From Robertmurraya kyonggiensis (lineage in GTDB: Bacteria; Bacillota; Bacilli; Bacillales; Cytobacillaceae), in NCBI RefSeq assembly GCF_005116465.1, contig NZ_SWBM01000006.1:112993-144992 (forward strand): a stretch of 32,000 bases of DNA, given 5' to 3'. How positions within the stretch are numbered: position 1 is the first letter of the stretch; every line of letters starts with the position of its first letter. Positions 31,991 through 32,000 of the stretch are shown here, one piece after another. A program made the position numbers and the translations under genes. Under the pieces are notes generated by a model. That model was not told the origin of the DNA. It did not search any database and worked only from the letters and a program-made list of their open reading frames with translations.

Positions 31991-32000
31991 TACTCTAACG

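Noticed and set aside
1-32000. Antisense or nested track ORFs inside longer genes. Examples are 212..406, 503..688, 810..1010, 1053..1292, 1767..1994, 2441..2644, 3725..3970, 5734..5934, 7020..7235, 8173..8661, 8733..8954, 10411..10605, 10925..11194, 13574..13765, 14555..14862 (the set), 15551..15736, 18111..18323, 18715..18921, 21110..21382, 22421..22636, 25276..25491, 28183..28371, 28942..29480 and 30760..31062.
   Set aside because: Each overlaps a longer ORF with recognisable family motifs or better initiation signals. They show low-complexity or hydrophobic nonsense translations and lack SD sequences.
1-32000. CRISPR arrays, tRNA genes and rRNA genes.
   Set aside because: No regularly spaced direct repeats of 25-40 bp were found. 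No cloverleaf-like G+C-rich 70-90-nt segments or rRNA-like stretches were seen in any intergenic region.

Overview
Visibly AT-rich, Bacillaceae-type accessory DNA, probably from a plasmid or integrative element. It is a mosaic of mobile elements, decayed genes and a few coherent modules. From left to right: (1) The right end of a Tn3-family transposon. Its transposase gene is split by a nested 4.5-kb Tn554-type element carrying two tyrosine recombinases, a small TnpC-like protein and one membrane-protein cargo gene. The Tn3 inverted repeat ends at 5831 and abuts an ATP-dependent DNA ligase that appears 5'-truncated. (2) Miscellaneous accessory genes: a gene with an in-frame stop, a stand-alone HD-GYP phosphodiesterase paired with a thermonuclease lipoprotein, an RTP/PadR-like winged-helix protein with small membrane proteins, and an orphan YolD-like gene behind a LexA box. 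(3) A block resembling a conjugative leading or establishment region. It holds a Rad52-type annealing protein, SSB, two unknowns, an ArdC-like protein and a 45-aa ORF. This block contains a duplicated promoter-plus-leader module and a conserved ACACACTTGGGAGGAA translation-initiation motif. (4) Cell-wall and sporulation paralogues: a frameshifted LysM gene, a MurE-like ligase and, further right, SpoIIP. (5) An IS21 IstB remnant followed by a complete CstR-controlled yrkE-F-H-I-J-like sulfur-transfer operon with five ATACC-N6-GGTAT operators. (6) An IS1182-family element inserted in a palindromic terminator, duplicating 22 bp of it. The IS carries two G+C-rich ~125-nt inverted internal repeats. 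An orphan MotB/OmpA-like gene follows. No rRNA, tRNA or CRISPR array was seen. I found no recognisable novel multi-gene system. The least explained signals are the duplicated leader modules and TIR motif in the SSB/ArdC block, the uncharacterised genes there, and the G+C-rich repeats inside the IS. All homology calls rest on reading motifs by eye, with no database search.
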